DNA of 52,203 nucleotides, from contig CP089275.1 in NCBI GenBank assembly GCA_023920165.1, forward strand, positions 5,828,001 to 5,880,203. The letters are read 5' to 3'. A program made the position numbers and the translations under genes. Position 1 is the first letter of the stretch. The number at the start of each line of letters is the position of its first letter. The notes beneath the pieces are model-generated. The model was not told the origin of the DNA. It saw nothing but the letters and a program-made list of their open reading frames with translations, and did not search any database. This DNA comes from Curvularia clavata (lineage: Eukaryota). Shown here in pieces: positions 33,406 through 45,880 of the stretch.

Positions 33406-33806
33406 TTAGCGGCAGGTATCGCTTCTTCCGGAACCATTGTCCTTGCAGCCGCCAGAGCAGCCCTTGATGAACTCAATGGATCCACTAGACCCACCAAGGC
33501 AGTAAAAGAGTACATTGTCACCGTCCCAACTAGAGTGACCTGCAACGGCCAAGGCCTGGTCGATCTGCTCGCGATAATCGCCTGTAGTGTGAGATTCAGT
33601 GTCAGTACTTGACTCCATTCCAAGTAGATGCTATAGAGTAAACTGACCCTTCTTAAGGAGAGAGGAGCCACAGTAGTCAAGGCCCTGCTTGTAGTTAGTA
33701 TTGTGCATTTGGTGAGGCATTCCATTGAACTCACCCGCTTGCAATTGTCGGCGACGACACCCGCGGCGAACATGGCCAGGATTGGAGCAATGACGAAGGA
33801 CTTCAT
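33406..33806 (-). CDS. Small secreted cysteine-rich protein (94 aa, 6 Cys), effector candidate; exons 33806-33735, 33684-33648, 33581-33406
   Basis: Spliced product MKSFVIAPILAMFAAGVVA-DNCKRGLDYCGSSLLKKGDYREQIDQALAVAGHSSWDGDNVLFYCLGGSSGSIEFIKGCSGGCKDNGSGRSDTCR. GTGAGT and GTCAGT donors, CTAAC and CTGAC branch sites, CAG acceptors. Confidence 0.88.
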
Positions 33807-34839
33807 TTTGAGGTTGAACCTAGTGATTTCTGGTTGATTTGATGTTTGGATAGTTGCTTTCGAAGGTGGTGACTTTTTAACGAGGATATCCTTGGGCCTT
33901 ATATACTTCACGCTGATACTATTTTTCATGCGCCGCCTTATTCGACATGCAACGTTATTAAACTAAATGAGGACAAAGCATATGGTGTACATCGCCAGTC
34001 TAGAATATCCTCCAATTGTCTTGATGCAGTGGTTGAATCCTTCGCAGTCCGTGAGATGGGCCTTAACTACGGGAGTCTCTGAGGTCGTACCGAACGACGT
34101 TTTCGCATGATGAAGCCATTCTGAGGTGAACGATAAATCTGTCCGCTGAGGACCTAACATTATCAGCCACTGGAATGTAAGACCCTGCCTTCCTGAATAC
34201 GAGGTTGCTATACGCCCTACCTGTTTAGGTGTACAAGCTAGCCAGAAACGACCGTCAGGTCCAACTTTTAGTCACCACCAGCTGATTCAGTGGAACATTT
34301 GGATCTAGACGGAGCAGAAAGTGGAGAATATTTCTTTCAGCCCCATGCATAAATAGTGGAGTTGTAGATTATGCTTGTGTTCAACCTTGGGAGGCCTTAC
34401 AAAATTTTGTACGTAATGCACAACTTTTTCTTGATCGGGAAGGTACCAGATAATTTCAGTGCTTCTCACCTCCTGCAAGATATATTCCTCATTAGGCGGG
34501 CTTACATGATTATGCATGCAAGCGATGTGCTTGAAAATGAGTAAACAATCAGGCGGCAAGCCTACATTAGCAAATTGATGCACCCTATTAAGGTAATCCG
34601 GACCTCATGTACAGGTTTGGCACTACGCTTAAACAGGAAACTGACCTCTAACGTCTAGTATAAAAAGCCTTCTTCTAACGTTATCTTCTATCCCCTTCTT
34701 CGTTTAATACTCTCTACTCTTATCACGTCTATTCACAAATCCTCCTCTGCTCTCAGTCGCCACCCTTCTCCATACGGCTCATCCATCCTTTAAGGGGCAA
34801 TTTCCTCACACCCGGCTGCCAGCTTGGAAGAATCAGGCC

Positions 34840-35025
34840 GCCTTGCTCCAGTGCCACCAAAACCACCACGCGCGGCCGCAATATTAAGCTCCCCAAGAAG
34901 TTTGAGTAGATAGTAATAAACTACAGTACTATTAGACTACTACACCAAAAATTCTCGCGATATCAGCTTTTGTGTGGGGATCTACAGCCTCATATTTGGT
35001 GAGCACCCATATTTGGTGGGGTGTT
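34840..35025 (+). mobile_element. Possible 3' remnant of a DNA transposon
   Basis: Short coding-like tail KTTTRGRNIKLPKKFE* followed by a duplicated CATATTTGGTG motif that resembles the internally repeated TIRs of pogo-type elements. No partner end found. Confidence 0.35.
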
Positions 35026-35583
35026 GCATTCAGTGATCTGTTGCACGGACTGACCATTTACACTATGAATTAACTAGCCCAACTAATCAAGCTGTGCCCA
35101 ATCATGGGACGCAAGTATTGCGCATAGTTAGTCGACAACACTAATTTGTCCGGCCATCCGTACTTCATGGGGCATACATGGGCTGGCGTAATATTGATGC
35201 AAACGCTATGATCCTACCGTACGAAATTCGAATTATGATACTGAAGTGACGTGTGACTGATAGGCAAGATGCCAGGCAGACGTCAGTAATCCCCAGGGAT
35301 GTCAACACTACCTGCGTTCTATTGCACTCACAGCGAACTACGTGGGTATTCAGTCGATGGCGTATTGTTGTCAGCGAATGAACTTTATGCGACATTCCTG
35401 AGCTGTTTGCGCTAGATATATAATCCCAGACTGTGATGCTACGATAGTAGACTTATTGCGATGATGTGACGTTAGTAGCAAGACCAGCTGTGTATACTAA
35501 AACGTCGTGAGAATGCTCAAAAAGCAGCTGTTGGTCACGCAAGATCTACCCTTACAGGCTCCCAGCTACTACAATCACACAAC

Positions 35584-36480
35584 ATGCTCTCATCAAGTAT
35601 CTTCATCAGACCTGCCATAAGCGGGGCGGTCAGGCCGCAGGTGATTCGGCTCACCATCGGCAGCAGACTGGCGTCGACACACACCCCATCTACGATCTCG
35701 GAGGCCATCACCCGTGACCATCGAGATCTCCGAAAATACTACGACGAGATTGTGGACAACAAGGGTGACTTCGGCACGTAACACTCGCAAACGAACTGCC
35801 AATGATACATGCTGACTTTGTACCCTGAATCTCAGACCATCAGGACCGTTATGGCAACCAGTTCAGATGGCAGCTAGCGCGCCACTCGGTTGCTGAGGAG
35901 TTGCTCGTGTACCCGGCCTTCGAGAAGTATTTGGGAGATGCGGGCAAGGCGCAAGCTGACCACGATCGTGAACAACATCATAAGGTCAGTGTAAGCCCTA
36001 GTCTTGTAACTGCCGTTTGATGCTAATACAGCAAAGATCAAGGTGCTTCTGAAAGAATTCCAGAACCTGAACGCGGTCGACGATGCCTTCGTCCCCAAGT
36101 TGGAAGAGATCTGGACAGAGCTCGAGCACCATATCGAGGAGGAAGAGTCGAAGGATCTGCCGGATCTAGAAAAAGCTTTGAGCTCGCGTCCGATCCGTGG
36201 CTCATCTGACGGCTCATCTGAAAGCTTGGTAAAGGAATTCGAAAGAACCAAGGCCTTCGTGCCGTCCCGCAGCCATCCTGCTGCTGGTGAGAACCCATAT
36301 TTCGAGAGCGCTATTGGTATGCTCGCAACTCCGATTGATCGTATTGCCGACTTGTTCCGTAAGTTTCCTTATGACATTACCGATGCAGATGCATCGAGTA
36401 CGGATGCGGTTAATCGTGGTGTTGATGGTCGTCATGTGTATGGGCGCGATGATGGCGCTGTTGATAAGAGTCGTATTTGA
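35584..36480 (+). CDS. Hemerythrin/HHE cation-binding domain protein with probable mitochondrial presequence; exons about 35584-35773, 35836-35984, 36037-36480
   Basis: Motifs AITRDHRDL, NQFRWQLARHSVAEELLVYPAFE, HHIEEEESKDLP and FVPSRSHP; the N-terminus is R/S-rich and acid-free. Confidence 0.87.
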
Positions 36481-39138
36481 TCATAAACCAGCCAAATTCA
36501 AGGCACATTATAAACAGTCTAATGTGCACCAAATGAATGTTTCGTTTGCTTTATGGCAGAGTATACGCACGCAGTGCTAGTGACGGTCCTTGTACGCAGA
36601 AGCACTGGCAGCGCGGCACGGTACCATGGCCGAGTCCGCATGTGGAAGCCGTTGGGCTTAATTGTGAGCGTGGGCATCTACTTGACTTTTAAGTGGTACG
36701 ATGGGTTACTTATGCAGAGATCGAAGCTCTGTAGAAATATTGCTGTGACAACAAACGCCTACTGCCACGCGAAAGAGCACATAATGCACCCTCGTGTGCG
36801 GTGAACTGCAGCGAACAGAGCAACAATTGGCGTGTTCGCTTTGCCCTGGTACTTGCCGCTGAGCGTGGTGTTCTCTTTGGCAGCGATCGCGATCGTAGGA
36901 ACCGTTGGCGACAGCTGCAGCGACTCGAGTCTACCAAGATATATGATAGTGATTGTAGCGCGTTAATAAAGGGACATATCAAGTCTTCATAGAACAGGTT
37001 AAAACAATAATCTATAGCAGACAGCGCGATCGCGTCTAGAGTCAGATGTGTAAAGTCTTCTATTACCTACATGTTGTACTTAGACCTGTGGCGAGCCCAC
37101 TTTAGGACGAGCTGGCTAGCAATATCGTGCATGTTGCCAAACGTGTTCTTGATAGCTAGTAGCGCAAAGTGCGGAACCAGTATGCAGTGCACGATACCCT
37201 AGTTAGTTCCTTTCCTCTAAGCCGTGAGCGGTTCCCCGGCCATCGCGCACGCCATTACGGGCTTGTTTGAGCATGGCAGCAATGACATTAGTGAAGTGGC
37301 CTTTATCGCACACCTCATCCATGAGCGCTTGCGAGCCTACAACAATCCTCTCTTCGCTGCCTAGACGGAACTTTTAGAATCGGCACTGTGCTGTTCAGCA
37401 GTAGTCTTGACAGCTCCTCCTGCGCATAGAAGTCGCCAACGCTGCTGCATTCAGAACCAGGAACACCCACCCTACGTACGCGTCAGGCTGCACAGCGACT
37501 GCGCTGTCTTGTCAACATCAATGTCACCAAGGCTACCAACGAGCCAGTTGCCGGCAGGTCCAGAAATGTCAGTTTCTGACAATATGCTTGGCTGTGGAGG
37601 GAGGACAGGACTGGCTGGCGTACAATGTTCGAAGATAGCGGTTGGCGTACTTTTGCCTGCTGTGAAATGAGATATGGCTGTGTTCGAACAGCCGTTGCGG
37701 TAGAGCCCTTGCTAACGTCTGATATGTTCTGTTGTGCCGTCTTCTCCTAGCAGTGGGCTCGCCAGTCATGCAAACGGCTTACTACAGTATACGTGCATCG
37801 CGCAAGCCAAGCTCTAAGCTTGCCCGACTGTACAGATGCTTGTATCGGTGTTGAGTTGATCCAGCAGACGCCGAGACAAGTGCTAGACTCGCACCTTCTT
37901 GATACGGCCCACAGCGGACTAGGCCGCTATCGCGGTGCTGTAGGCTTTGCACAATGGTACAGTACTGTACAGCACAGTAGATGGGGCACGGGCCGGATTG
38001 TTACAAGGACCTCGTCATAGGAGCGGCATGGGCCTCAGCACTGCTTGTTGACTACTGATGCGCTGACTGTTGATAGACGTGCATTTTAAATGGTTCGCAG
38101 CTGCCGTGCAATCGCTCATCGTGCACAACGCCTTACGGCCAATCGATTGACACTACTTGAGATTTTTGAGCCTCGCGTGTACTTTAAGCAATCTTTTGTG
38201 ATCTCTAGCGGAAGGCTGCTGCAGCTCGTTCAGGCGCTGCGTCCAGCCGCTGAACATGCTCATATCTCGACCCTTGGCGAGAGAGATAGTCATTAGCTGT
38301 GGAACTGAGAGTGAGCCCCTGACGCTTTGCTAAACAGATCCGGATCCTCCTTTCACTGGTCGCATTGCACGCAACGCTGACTCCCTCGCTCCTACTACTC
38401 ACCCTCGTGCTTCCTTCAAGTGAAAACTCACAATGAGCCAACCGCCCAGCGCTGCATCTTCTTCTTTGTCCACGACAGAGAAGATGACATTGTCACCCAG
38501 CATTGTTCGCAACAAGGGGGGCTGCTCACCGCAGAGAAGGTAGACACGCGACTGCAACAGTTGGGAAACTATGTTGGACAGCATTGACAACAGCAGTTCC
38601 TAGGCTTTTCACAACCCCCACCATGCCCGCGGGTGCGTACAGCCCAAGTCCAGCGTCCGCTGTCCCGCTGTTGAGGCTCATTATGGTGGTAGCAATTGCT
38701 GCTGCTACTGCTGGAAGAGAGACTAGCGAATACGTGGCGACTGTAAGTGTACCTGACCTCTAATGTAATTGATCTCTATATTATCTATTAAAGAATACAG
38801 ACATTAGATATATATAAACTCTTCTTCTATTAGTTACTTTATTTAAATATAGAGTACAGTAGTACGTAATTCGAATACCAGAATTTATAAGAATTTACTA
38901 CAATAATAACTACTTCTATATAGCCTCTGTAGATCCAGATATTGACATGCAATAGGTCGATTAGACTGCCCAATAGTAATCAAGCCTAGAATGCAGCCTC
39001 TCCTCTTGGCTGCGTGCAAAACAGTCTTTGACGAAAACATGACGAAGAGTCTTCGTCATGTCTCTAATATAAGGAAGTGGTACACCAACGTGCACTTGAT
39101 GTCATAATTTCGAACATCTATATCTGCGCTATCTGCAT

Positions 39139-40630
39139 TCACCAATTATTACTAAAAATCTTGCCATCAACATAATTGACCATGTCCCCAACAGGCGCTA
39201 GATGGTCACGGCCGGCGCCAAAAGCCATCCCCCTCCTCATCACATTGCGGTAATTTGCACCTGGTGATACCTTGCCGAGGACATACTCGCGGCGGGTTTC
39301 AACACGCGTGGGGACGGGTATAGAACGACCAATGATGGCCTCCATAGCCTGCCAGGCAAAAGTAATGCTCTCCTTCGCGCCTGCAGGCACACCAGCTGCA
39401 TCCAGCATCATGATCTTGGTATTGGGGTATGCCTGCTGAATGAAGCGGGTGATGTTTGGATTGTAGGCACCGCCACCGCACATGAAGAGCTCTTCGATCT
39501 CCATGTCGGCTGGAGCGTAACGGCGGTAATGGTCTACAATAGCTTGGGCGGTGATGCGCGTGACTGTGGCGACGACATCATCGGGTGACATGCCCAGCTT
39601 CTCAGCCTTCTCAATCAGCTCGAAGGCAAGTGTATCTCGGAAAACCTCGCGGCCGGTCGTCTTGGGTGGGTTGAGGCTAAAGTACCTATGCTGCAGAAAC
39701 TCATCGACCAGGGTCTGGTTAACAGTGCCTCGGGCGCCCATCTCGCCATCTTTGTCGTACTCTAACTCGCCATTTGTGTAGTGTCGCACGACGGCGTCGA
39801 TGAAGACGTTGCCTGGGCCTGTGTCGAAATCGTACGTCTCGGACACGCCACCCTTGTTGTCCGGGGGAATAAAGCAAACGTTCGCGATACCGCCGATATT
39901 TTGGCAGGCTCGGAGTTTAGTGGGATGATGAAGAAGGAGCGCATCGAAGAAGGCGATTAATGGAGCGCCCTGACGGCCAGCTGCTTGGTCTGAGACACGA
40001 AAATCGGTTACAGTGGTAATGCCAGTCCGGGAAGCGATATAGCAGCCCTCCGCCATTGTAAGCGCCGATTTGACCTGGCCGGGCTCGGGCATGGACAACA
40101 GCCAGATAGTCTGACCGTGGGAACCGATGACGTCAATAGACGACTTGTCCACGTTATGCTTCTTGCAAAACTCATCGACAGCGTCGGCAAAAGTTTCACC
40201 AAGAATAACGTTTACCTCAGATAGCCCGGAAGCGGTCGTACGGTCGTGCAGGATGATGTCCATAACGCGCTTCTTGATGGGTTGAGGAAGAGGGGCCTCA
40301 TCATATTTTAGGAGCTCAAAATGCAGAGGCGACTCGGGGGTCTCCTGGCGAAAGCGGCACAAAGTGCAGTCAATGCCATCCTAATGAAGTCAACACTTGT
40401 TCAAACAGTACAGACAAGGGACGACCGAGTGCTGCATAGGCTAAATTCCTATGCAAGAGGACGATTGTGGAGAAAGAAACGATATGCCAAACAACTTTAC
40501 TACTCTTTGGTAAAGTGCATGAAAGGGTTAAGAGCGGAAATGATCATTCCATGGGAGAACTTACCATAGAAGTACCAGAGTTTAAACCTAATACAGTGAA
40601 GTCAAGGGGCTGATGATCTGCAAGAGCCAT
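39139..40630 (-). CDS. lgk: Levoglucosan kinase (AnmK / anhydro-sugar kinase family); exons 40630-40565, 40380-39139
   Basis: [73 protein letters not shown] and MCGGGAYN. These long blocks match my recollection of Lipomyces starkeyi LGK much more closely than bacterial AnmK. Confidence 0.9.
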
Positions 40631-41033
40631 TTTATGGATGCTGTGAATTGAAAAGGTTCGTAAAGGAAAAAAGTAAATGAAAGTAAGAGTAGAAGGGAGA
40701 AAAATGAAGATAGCTGTGAATTGATGAAGATGAAAACTACACCATAGTCCGTCTAGAGCATCTTTATAAGTCAACTGCGCTTAACTCTCTTAGCTAAGAA
40801 GGTATAACGGTAAACATCCACACACGCACGCTCTGCCCTTGAGAGTAGTTCAATGGCTTCCGCCACCCAGAAAATCCAGTTAACCGGGCAAGTGGGGCTG
40901 GATAGGGATGTCAGGGCCATTCTGAGAACTCCGAATTAGGCCATTTGTCGGGAATAATCGATTGAAAATACAACCGAGTGATCTAGAGAAAAGCCTTCCG
41001 TTGTTGAGTGGAGAGGTTCTCTGCTTGGTCAGC

Positions 41034-41060
41034 CGGTTACGCGGTTACGCGGTTACGCGG
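41034..41060 (+). promoter_or_regulatory. CGG-N5 tandem array (CGGTTACG x3 + CGG) in the divergent promoter; candidate Zn2Cys6 site
   Basis: CGG triplets at 41034, 41042, 41050 and 41058; related CGGCTAA at about 41070 and CGGTTAA (minus strand) at about 40880. Confidence 0.4.
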
Positions 41061-41605
41061 CTTGTTAAACGGCTAAGTGGGATGTTAGACTGCAACACGG
41101 CTGTCAAAATGGCAATTCGCATCGAGCCTTGCTAATGGCTTCTAAAAGCGCCCCACCTCGACCATTTCCATTGGTCTATGGTGCCTTTCTGTGCACTCCG
41201 TCCCGGATTTCCTTCCATCCGCACAGCAACGGTCGCTCAAGCTGACGTGCATATTTGCCCTTGTCGGCTTCATCCGAGCACGCGAGTATGGAGTAACCAT
41301 GAAGACACTCCGTGGGGGAGAACCTTGAAGTGAATTATCCCCGGATTGCGGCCTGGTTGTATCTGGTCCTTGCATTTTTTCACACTTGACAGCCCGTGGT
41401 ACTCGCAGTTAGCCATTCCTTTACTGCGGCAGCCTGTGGCAAATCTCCTGTAGGCCTTGGCTCCAGATGCGATATATATGACCGAAGAACCCCAGTTGTA
41501 GGACAAATGCATCTCAGTTTCCATTCTTTGATCCTATTCAGACTCTTGACACCTATTATAAGCATAAGAGCTTTTGAACTCGTTGGCATTCTCTAACTTC
41601 GGACC

Positions 41606-43244
41606 ATGGGTTACACGAACTTATGGAGGAAGCTGTCGGCTTCACAGCTGAACATAGCTATCCAGGTTTTCTCCTTGATCTCCATTTTCTTCGAAGGCTA
41701 TGATCAGGGCGTCATGGGCGGCGTTAACAGCTCGCCGCGGTACGTTCAAGAAGTAGGCATTGGCGGCTCGGATGGAAAAATCACCAACACTTTCCACGAA
41801 GGTGGCATCGTCTCTGTATACTACCTTGGCTGCATTGTCGGCTGCTTTGCTGGCGGCTGGCTGGCTGACCGCATTGGTCGCATCAATGGGTAAGTAACCT
41901 TGTAGAGATATCTTCATTCCATAAATTCTAATCAATAACCTCAGTCTTTGGATCGGCTCCGGCTTTGCTCTGATCGGAGGCGCGCTTCAGGCTGCTACGC
42001 AATCTTCGGACTTCATTCTGATTGCTCGCGTCATCACTGGCCTTGGAACCGGAGCTCTTACCGGCATCACTCCTGTGCTTGTTTCTGAGACTTCATCGGC
42101 TTCCCATCGTGGCGGTTTCCTTGGATACGTCTTCATTGCTAACTACTTGGGCATCTCCGTCGCCTACTGGCTCTCGTTTGGCCTCTCTTTTATCAACAAT
42201 GGCTATTCCGATATCCGCTGGCGGTTTCTTCTCGCTTTCCAATGCATTCCCGCCATTGTGCTACTTCTGGGTGTAAGGATACTCCCTGATTCCCCGCGTT
42301 ACCTTGCATCCGTCGGTCGCTTCGATGATGCACGCGAAGTGCTTACTCACGTCCGCGGAGGCTATACCCCTGAAATTGAGCACGAGTTTCTCGAGATTGT
42401 CACCGTGGCCAAAGATAGCAAACCTAGCTCTCCCCTTCAATTCGCCAAGATTCTCTTCGGTAAAGGCGGCAGGCCTGGCGCTCACCTGGGCCGCCGTGCC
42501 TGGCTCTGCTTGTTCCTCCAGATTATGGCTTCTTGGACTGGTATAACCGCTGTCACCGCATATTCCCCCGTCCTTTTGCGTGCTGCAGGCTACTCCACCC
42601 TTACCCAGAACGGCTTGGCGGGTGGTCTAAACACCGTTGGCATTGTTGGCACAATTATCTCTGCTCATATTGTCGACCGCCTCGGTCGTCGCAGTTGTCT
42701 GATGATAGGCTCTTTTGGTCTCTTTGCCGTCAACCTAATCGCCGCCTCCTTATATGGAGCGTCACGATCCCAGCTTCAGAAAGCCGATAAGTTTGCACCC
42801 GCGGCCGTCGCCATGCTATTCCTTTTCAACCCTATCTACGCATCGACCTGGGGTACCGTCGCGTTCCTGATCCCGACGGAGATCTGGAGCTCTAACCTGC
42901 GTGCGCAGGGTAATGGCTTCGGTATCACGGGCTGGGCCATCGGCGTCGGCATGACCGTCCTCGTCAACCCAATCATGTTCGATAAGCTCGAGAATCGCAC
43001 GTACTTCCTCTTCGCCGGCCTCAATCTGCTCTGGATCCCGATCGTGTACCTTTTCTACCCAGAGACGGCCGGTCGCTCCCTCGAGTCCATCGAGGCCCTC
43101 TTCTCTACGAATAGTCCCTTCAACTGGAATATGGAACAGGCGTACTCGGCCCATGGCGACATTTTGGATAGGAAGAGTCTCAATGGCATCGAAAACTTGC
43201 ATGATGCTGATAAAGACAAGATTGTTAAGACTGAGTCTGTCTAG
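41606..43244 (+). CDS. MFS sugar porter family transporter; exons 41606-41889, 41945-43244
   Basis: Motifs FEGYDQGVMGG, ADRIGR, VSETS...RG, PDSPRYL, VDRLGRR, PTEIW...RA.G and YPETAGRSLESI; multiple hydrophobic helices. Confidence 0.93.
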
Positions 43245-43704
43245 GTGGCCTCTTTAGATATGCTGTAGATACTCTAGTAATCATATACTGTGTTCCTCCA
43301 AACTCATACAAACATGGACATGAAAATGAGGCTAGACGATATAGTAAAGCTCAGTACGCTGGGATACATAGCTGCGTTTTCTAATTACCAGCAGCTGTCT
43401 GCCGGTTATCTCGAACAACCCTACCCTGTGCGCATTGTCGGCAGGTTCGCTTTTCACAAATCCCAAATTTTGTGGTTTTGTTCATTGCCTAGGTTTCATT
43501 ATTTCGCGTGCTGTTGTCTGATGTCCTAGTGTATTCGGAGACGGAGTACCTATGTAATAGCTAAAATAATTCCTCCGCGGTTCTTCGCCCATTCTTAAAA
43601 CTCATATAGTGCCCGCCTGTTGTGATAAAGCAGTAGTAGAGTTATCGTGTTTCAATGAGGCATAAAGTAGTCGAGATCAGTACCGTATGCTGCTATAGCG
43701 AATA

Positions 43705-45559
43705 ACGTGTATGGCAAGCGAGCGGCGCAGGCAAGCGAGCGGCGCACCCCACCAACTTCGCGCACCTTTACAAGCGTGTAGCTCCACCATATAATATTAG
43801 TTTTAATAGATATAAATATAGTAGATTAATTACTATCTATAGTATCTTTCTTACACGTACGTAAGTTATGGCCAGTCTCTCTACACCTACTATAGCGCGC
43901 TAGAGCCTGGCGGCTAACACCTGATCGCTCTCCTCCCTGGCGCTCTTCACAAGCAATCTGCTCATTAGCCTCACGTTAAGCAAGTATATCCTCTCCAGCT
44001 CTCTTTGTAAGGACTCCACGCTTCTATATCCGCTTTTTTTTACGCTGTCTATACTCTAATATTACTGTATTAGCTTTTTCAAGACTAGCAATCCAATCGC
44101 GCATTAACTCAGCCGAGAGCATCATTACCTCTGCCCCCTTCTTAAGCTAGTTAATTGCCGTAATAATTAAAGCTAGCAACGAGTCTTAATACCGCTGAAC
44201 GCGATCACGTATTAATATTAATTAAGCTTCAAGCTCGCGTGCGTTGCTAGGCGTACGAGCCTGCTAGAGGGCTTCTGCTAGAATAGCTGGAGGAGTAGGC
44301 GTACGTAGCTGTACGTCAAGCTTTGATAGAACAGTGTCTGGCTGGAGAGAAATAAGGCCTGCGCCTCGGAAAGCTAAGCAGATATTGGCTGGCGTAAATA
44401 ATTGATCGAAAGCTGTTTTAAACGCTGGCAGAAACTCGAGCTTAGTAATATAGTTAATATAGTTGCGTATCAGACTCTCCACCTCACGGCTATACGCGCG
44501 CTTTAATGGCGAGAAGCAGCTAATGTTAAGAGACTGGAGTAGGTAAGACGAGTGGGGTGGCATATAGAGCGTATAGATATTGTTCTCCTTATAGAGCTCT
44601 TAAAACGCAAGAGAGTTATAACTCTTATGGCCATTAAGGATAAGTAGACGGCGCGCGCCTATAACGCGAGTCTTCGTATGGGCGTTAAAGTGCTTTAGCC
44701 ACTCAACTCCTAGCTCGTTGGTCGTCCAGCCGTTATCGCTAACTGCGATCGCCCAGTCGCGTGGGATCTCTGCCTCCTTATACTAGATAGATAGGTGATA
44801 CTTACTAGTAAAAATTAGAAACGGTAGGATAGACTAGCCAGCTGCGTTAATCCCAGCGATAAACGTCACCCACTCTCGGCTATCTGGCTGGATAGCTTTT
44901 GGCCGGCCTCTTCTCTCTGACGCTGTAACGACAAGCTGAGTCGTGATCTTGCCTATTGAGAAGCCAGCTTCGTTAAAGTTATAGACGTCCTCGTTACAGA
45001 TGCCGTACTTGGCCTTTGTCTGCTCTACAAGCTCAAACCAGCTCTTGATTAAGACTAAATCTTCACATAAAGCTCTCTGCCTATCGTATGTCCGACTAAA
45101 ACGCGTCGTAAGACTGTCTGTACGCTTAACAAAGTTGGCTGGCCACTTTTGCCCAACCTGTCTAGCGCCGCGCGTAGTCAGCAGCTTATTAGCCATATCG
45201 CGTATAGCGGCGTACGTGGGCGCAAATCTACGTGAGTCAAGATCAAGTATATGACTAACTATTACCTCCTCTTCTAGCTTGGTAAGCTTCTTTAAGTTGG
45301 GCTGGCAATCGCGTCGGGCAAGCTTGCCAGCGCGTCGGCGGCGGAGCGTCGTTTCGGCTACATTGTAGACTGTAGCAGCGCGGCGATTTCCTTGAATCTG
45401 TTTATTTTTAAGAGATTGGATAGCAAGCTGGATATCTGGTTTATTTGAAGCCATTTGATTATAACAGTGTTGAGTAATTAGATGTTTAGTTCAAGGAGGT
45501 GCGCAAGTTTGGTGAGGTGCGCCGCTCGCTTGCCTGCGCCGCTCGCTTGCCATACACGT
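43705..45559 (-). mobile_element. pogo/Fot1-type DNA transposon, RIP-inactivated (1855 bp)
   Basis: TA TSDs (43703-04, 45560-61). The 44-bp TIR ACGTGTATGGCAAGCGAGCGGCGCAGGCAAGCGAGCGGCGCACC contains a 17-bp direct repeat. Transposase fragments (YNFNEAGF, MPPHSSYLLQSLN, a C-terminal knuckle) carry many TAG/TAA stops. Confidence 0.93.
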
Positions 45560-45880
45560 TAAGGAACTTGAACCTTTTACGTAACTAGTGACGCGCCTCA
45601 TGTTAAGAAGTCTGAAGCTAACACCGGAGAACCCTGCGCAAAGGTCCCCACCCCCGGCAATTACCAGTAACCATATCGCTTGCTTCTGACAACGCCAAGC
45701 CAGGGACTTGTTGCATACGGCATCGTTTGGTCATGGGATTTAGCTTCAATCAACATGCGCTCTTCCATTTCGCCTCATATTCGTCAACAACCAACTGGGT
45801 CTAATCGATACATTTGCCACTTGATTCTATTCATTTATCCAAGACCCCTAAGCTGAAGTCGAAAAAGTTTGCTTCCCAAG

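Noticed and set aside
33372..33929. 185-aa minus-strand ORF as a single-exon gene
   Set aside because: It reads through two clear introns; the spliced 94-aa secreted protein explains the locus better.
36540..38760. GC-balanced region with many short ORFs, a possible decayed gene
   Set aside because: I could not build a consistent spliced model or recognise a domain.
39139..40630. Bacterial anmK acquired horizontally for peptidoglycan recycling
   Set aside because: The gene has an intron and matches fungal LGK-type motifs; nothing in the window indicates recent bacterial origin.
40892..41466. Five CreA-type SYGGRG sites in the divergent promoter
   Set aside because: About four per kb are expected by chance on two strands, so this is not evidence of regulation.
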